DNA of 64,000 bases from Mantamonas sphyraenae STR306 (Eukaryota; Protista; CRuMs). Positions 61,538 through 64,000 of this stretch are shown here, piece after piece. A program made the position numbers and the translations under genes. Each line of letters starts with the position of its first letter. Position 1 is the first letter of the stretch. Where the stretch lies: assembly GCA_026936335.1 (NCBI GenBank), contig JAPMXV010000060.1:62001-126000 (forward strand), read 5' to 3'. The notes beneath the pieces are model-generated. The model searched no databases. It was not told where the DNA came from and saw only the letters and a program-made list of their open reading frames with translations.

Positions 61538-63151
61538 ATGACGACGACGACCACGAGCGTCGACGACACGGCAAAGGCCACACGCATGCTGGTGCACAGT
61601 CTGTGGGATAGCAGCCACCCATTGAGTGCGTTCCAACTGGTCACGGGCGACGTGGATGCCAAACGGGAGCTGGAGCAGCTGTGTGGGATGCTGGACAGCA
61701 GCAGCGGCGACGACTCTGCCACCCAGCGTGACCTCGAGTCTCTCATTGCTCGCATGCAACACAGTGTGATGCAGTTGATGCAGGCTGGGCGTGCACAGGG
61801 CCTGTCCCGTGGCTCTCCAGAGGCCTGGGAGCATGTGGAGCGAGTGCTGGACGACGCGCTTGTGTTGGCGTACGCCAAGCTGGTGGTGGCCAATGGCAAG
61901 CAAGCGTCGGCCCAAACACTTCCGCTTGCGCCACTGCTGCGTGGCAACCTGCAGGCGGAATACGCAGAGGAGCTGCTGTCGGTGTACAGTGGAGGAGCGA
62001 CGGGTGGCAGTGCGTTGAACACGCGTGTGTGGACACAGATGCAACGCGGGCAGTTTGGCAGCGCACATGCCCCCGGCCCGGCAGTGCCCTCGTTGCTGCT
62101 CTCCATGCGTCACGACGGCGTGCTCAGCATGGCCTTTGTGCGCAAACTGTGGCAATTGGTGAGCAAGCTGGTGTCGCATCTGGCCATGACACTGTTCCTG
62201 GTGCCTGTAGGCGGCACAACTCAGGGCATTATGGAAGCCATGCGCTATGCCCTCGTGGGCACTGTGGTCGGGTATGTGGTGGGCCATGTCATCCAATCGC
62301 ACCTTCCGCAAGTGCTCCAGACTCAATTGGGGGACAGCAACAGCAGTGTGTTGTGGACACTGGTGGGCACCTTTGCCATGCTGGGCTGGCAGTTTGGCAT
62401 CCGTGCTGGCATTGCACGTGCCTCGGAATACGCCGGTCAGTTGGGTGCCTGGATTTGGGGCGGCACAGGCTTGCAAGACACCGTGTCTGCCCTCATGGGC
62501 CACCTGGCAACTCTGTTTGCCGGGGGAGAGGCTGCGGATGCCGTGTGGGTACCGCAAACACATTCGTCGCAAGGAGGACAGGCGGCAGCAGGAGAGGAGA
62601 AGGACAGGATGGCAGTGGGTGACAAGGCCATGGTGGCGTCGCTCAACAAACTGGCCGGTTGGAGTGCCGGCTTGGTGGAACAGCTTGTACAATTGCCTGC
62701 ACTGGCTGCGGGTTTGGGCATGGATGCGCTGGTGGACCAGCTGCCACGATTGCTGGAATTGGGCAGGTTTGTGCAGGAGTATGTGGAGGTGTGGCAAGAC
62801 AAGATCAGCACCGGAGTAATGAGCATGCCCGAACAGCTGGTGGACATTGCTGGGCAATTGCAAGACGCATTGCCCATTGTCTCCTCCCTCATCGACAACT
62901 TTTCGTGGGAGGACATGGACGAAGGTGAGACTGTGTTGGGGGCTGTCAGCAGACAGGTGGCTCAGGTGCTTCGGGCCTCGTGGGGAGGCTGGAGTCAGCC
63001 CCTCCTCAGCGCACTCGGTGTCTTTGTCGCCACCCTCTGGTTCATGGCCAGCAGCACACAGGACAGACTCGCCACGTGGCGGGGCACAAGCAAGCTCGTA
63101 TTGCTCAGTCGCGTGGAGAAGCGAGACACAATGATGTTGGCAAAATTGTGA
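61538..63151 (+). CDS. Unknown helical membrane protein (~537 aa)
   Basis: Long intronless ORF with several hydrophobic segments; no family recognised. Confidence 0.55.
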   Translation: MTTTTTSVDDTAKATRMLVHSLWDSSHPLSAFQLVTGDVDAKRELEQLCGMLDSSSGDDSATQRDLESLIARMQHSVMQLMQAGRAQGLSRGSPEAWEHVERVLDDALVLAYAKLVVANGKQASAQTLPLAPLLRGNLQAEYAEELLSVYSGGATGGSALNTRVWTQMQRGQFGSAHAPGPAVPSLLLSMRHDGVLSMAFVRKLWQLVSKLVSHLAMTLFLVPVGGTTQGIMEAMRYALVGTVVGYVVGHVIQSHLPQVLQTQLGDSNSSVLWTLVGTFAMLGWQFGIRAGIARASEYAGQLGAWIWGGTGLQDTVSALMGHLATLFAGGEAADAVWVPQTHSSQGGQAAAGEEKDRMAVGDKAMVASLNKLAGWSAGLVEQLVQLPALAAGLGMDALVDQLPRLLELGRFVQEYVEVWQDKISTGVMSMPEQLVDIAGQLQDALPIVSSLIDNFSWEDMDEGETVLGAVSRQVAQVLRASWGGWSQPLLSALGVFVATLWFMASSTQDRLATWRGTSKLVLLSRVEKRDTMMLAKL

Positions 63152-63252
63152 ATGAATGAATTGAACTGCACCCTTGTCTCCCGTGGAAAACAATACACCT
63201 CTGGAGCAGCTGCAGAAGTGTATTTGTGTGTGTGTGTGCGCATCTGCCGGGC

Positions 63253-63972
63253 TCAGATCTCTCCACCGTCCAGTGGTCGGTTGAATCCACCCGGACGGTT
63301 CATGTACTGGCGAATCTTGCGTTTGGACTTGACTTTGGCGCCACTAATGTCTGTGCCAGCTACGTGTTTGCCTCGTGTGGTCTCAAACCCCACAGGAAGG
63401 CCCATCTGGAACATCATCCGCTCCTCGTCAGTCATGGGTCGTGTGCTGCCGTCGGGGTTCTTGACCAGAATGGCATCTGCCTCTGCATCCATCTTCTCCT
63501 GTGCTTCTGCCTCTGCTGCAGCCCTTGCTGCTTCGTCTTCCTCACGCACCCGTCGCTTGCGTCGCTCCTCTTCTTCCCGCTCGTCTTCGTACCGGTACGC
63601 TCTCCTGCGTTCGTACTCTCGCTCATCATCCCGATAGCTGCTGCGGTCTCGTTTCCTGCTGTGATGCTCTCTATCTCTTCCTCCTCCTCCTCCTCCGTAT
63701 CCATCCTGCTCGTGCATGGCTCGTCCAAACTCGTCGACTTGCCGTCTTCCGTCTCGCCTTCCGCCTCCACGTTCTTCCCGTCCATACTCCCGGTAGTCGT
63801 CCCGACGGTATCCGTCGCGTCGATACTCATCGCGTCGATAGTCGTCGCGTCGATAGTCGTCGCGGTAGCCTCGGTCGTAGTCGTCGCGGTAGTCTCGCGG
63901 CCGTCGATCGTACTGCTCCCGGTAGTCTCGCTCATGCCGGCGTGGTGAGCCACGGCGCGGCGGAGAGGACCT
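63253..63972 (-). CDS. SNRNP27: U4/U6.U5 tri-snRNP 27 kDa protein, last exon; 5' part outside window
   Basis: MMFQMGLPVGFETTRGKHV..KRKIRQYMNRPGGFNRPL; RD/RS-rich region upstream; acceptor CAG at 63975-63973. Confidence 0.88.
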   Translation of the reverse strand, partial: RSSPPRRGSPRRHERDYREQYDRRPRDYRDDYDRGYRDDYRRDDYRRDEYRRDGYRRDDYREYGREERGGGRRDGRRQVDEFGRAMHEQDGYGGGGGGRDREHHSRKRDRSSYRDDEREYERRRAYRYEDEREEEERRKRRVREEDEAARAAAEAEAQEKMDAEADAILVKNPDGSTRPMTDEERMMFQMGLPVGFETTRGKHVAGTDISGAKVKSKRKIRQYMNRPGGFNRPLDGGEI

Positions 63973-64000
63973 CTGTGGATACGAAGAGGAAGACGAGGAT

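Overview
Gene-dense, GC-rich nuclear DNA from a eukaryote, most likely a flagellated protist. The evidence is GT-AG spliceosomal introns (mostly ~90-330 nt, often with CA/TG tracts), the standard genetic code and an IFT22 gene. About 36 protein-coding genes are packed with very short gaps and mostly alternate strand. Most are housekeeping genes: an Obg-like GTPase, DTD1, METTL18, NHE8, a NAK kinase, RNase III, KRR1, MKP, XRCC4, GBF1, IFT22, an AGC kinase, POT1, LRMDA, NDUFB4, NUDT22, RPL36A, a FAE1-type KCS, DOLK, a SNAPC4-like Myb protein, COG5 and SNRNP27. Five things stand out. (1) An intron-containing, membrane-anchored homologue of the bacterial beta-lactone synthetase OleC lies ~4 kb from a plant-type ketoacyl-CoA synthase. 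(2) A ~576-bp direct duplication brackets a 1.44-kb lower-GC filler carrying an orphan ORF and a decayed TPR fragment. (3) A four-gene ammonium transporter array is homogenised in exons only. (4) Head-to-head gene pairs have start codons only 21-57 bp apart, often with a micro first exon plus intron on one partner. (5) There are unusual domain architectures (NAK kinase-ANTH, extended POT1, UBZ-Myb). All calls come from motif recognition by eye and exon boundaries are hand-inferred; no searches were run.
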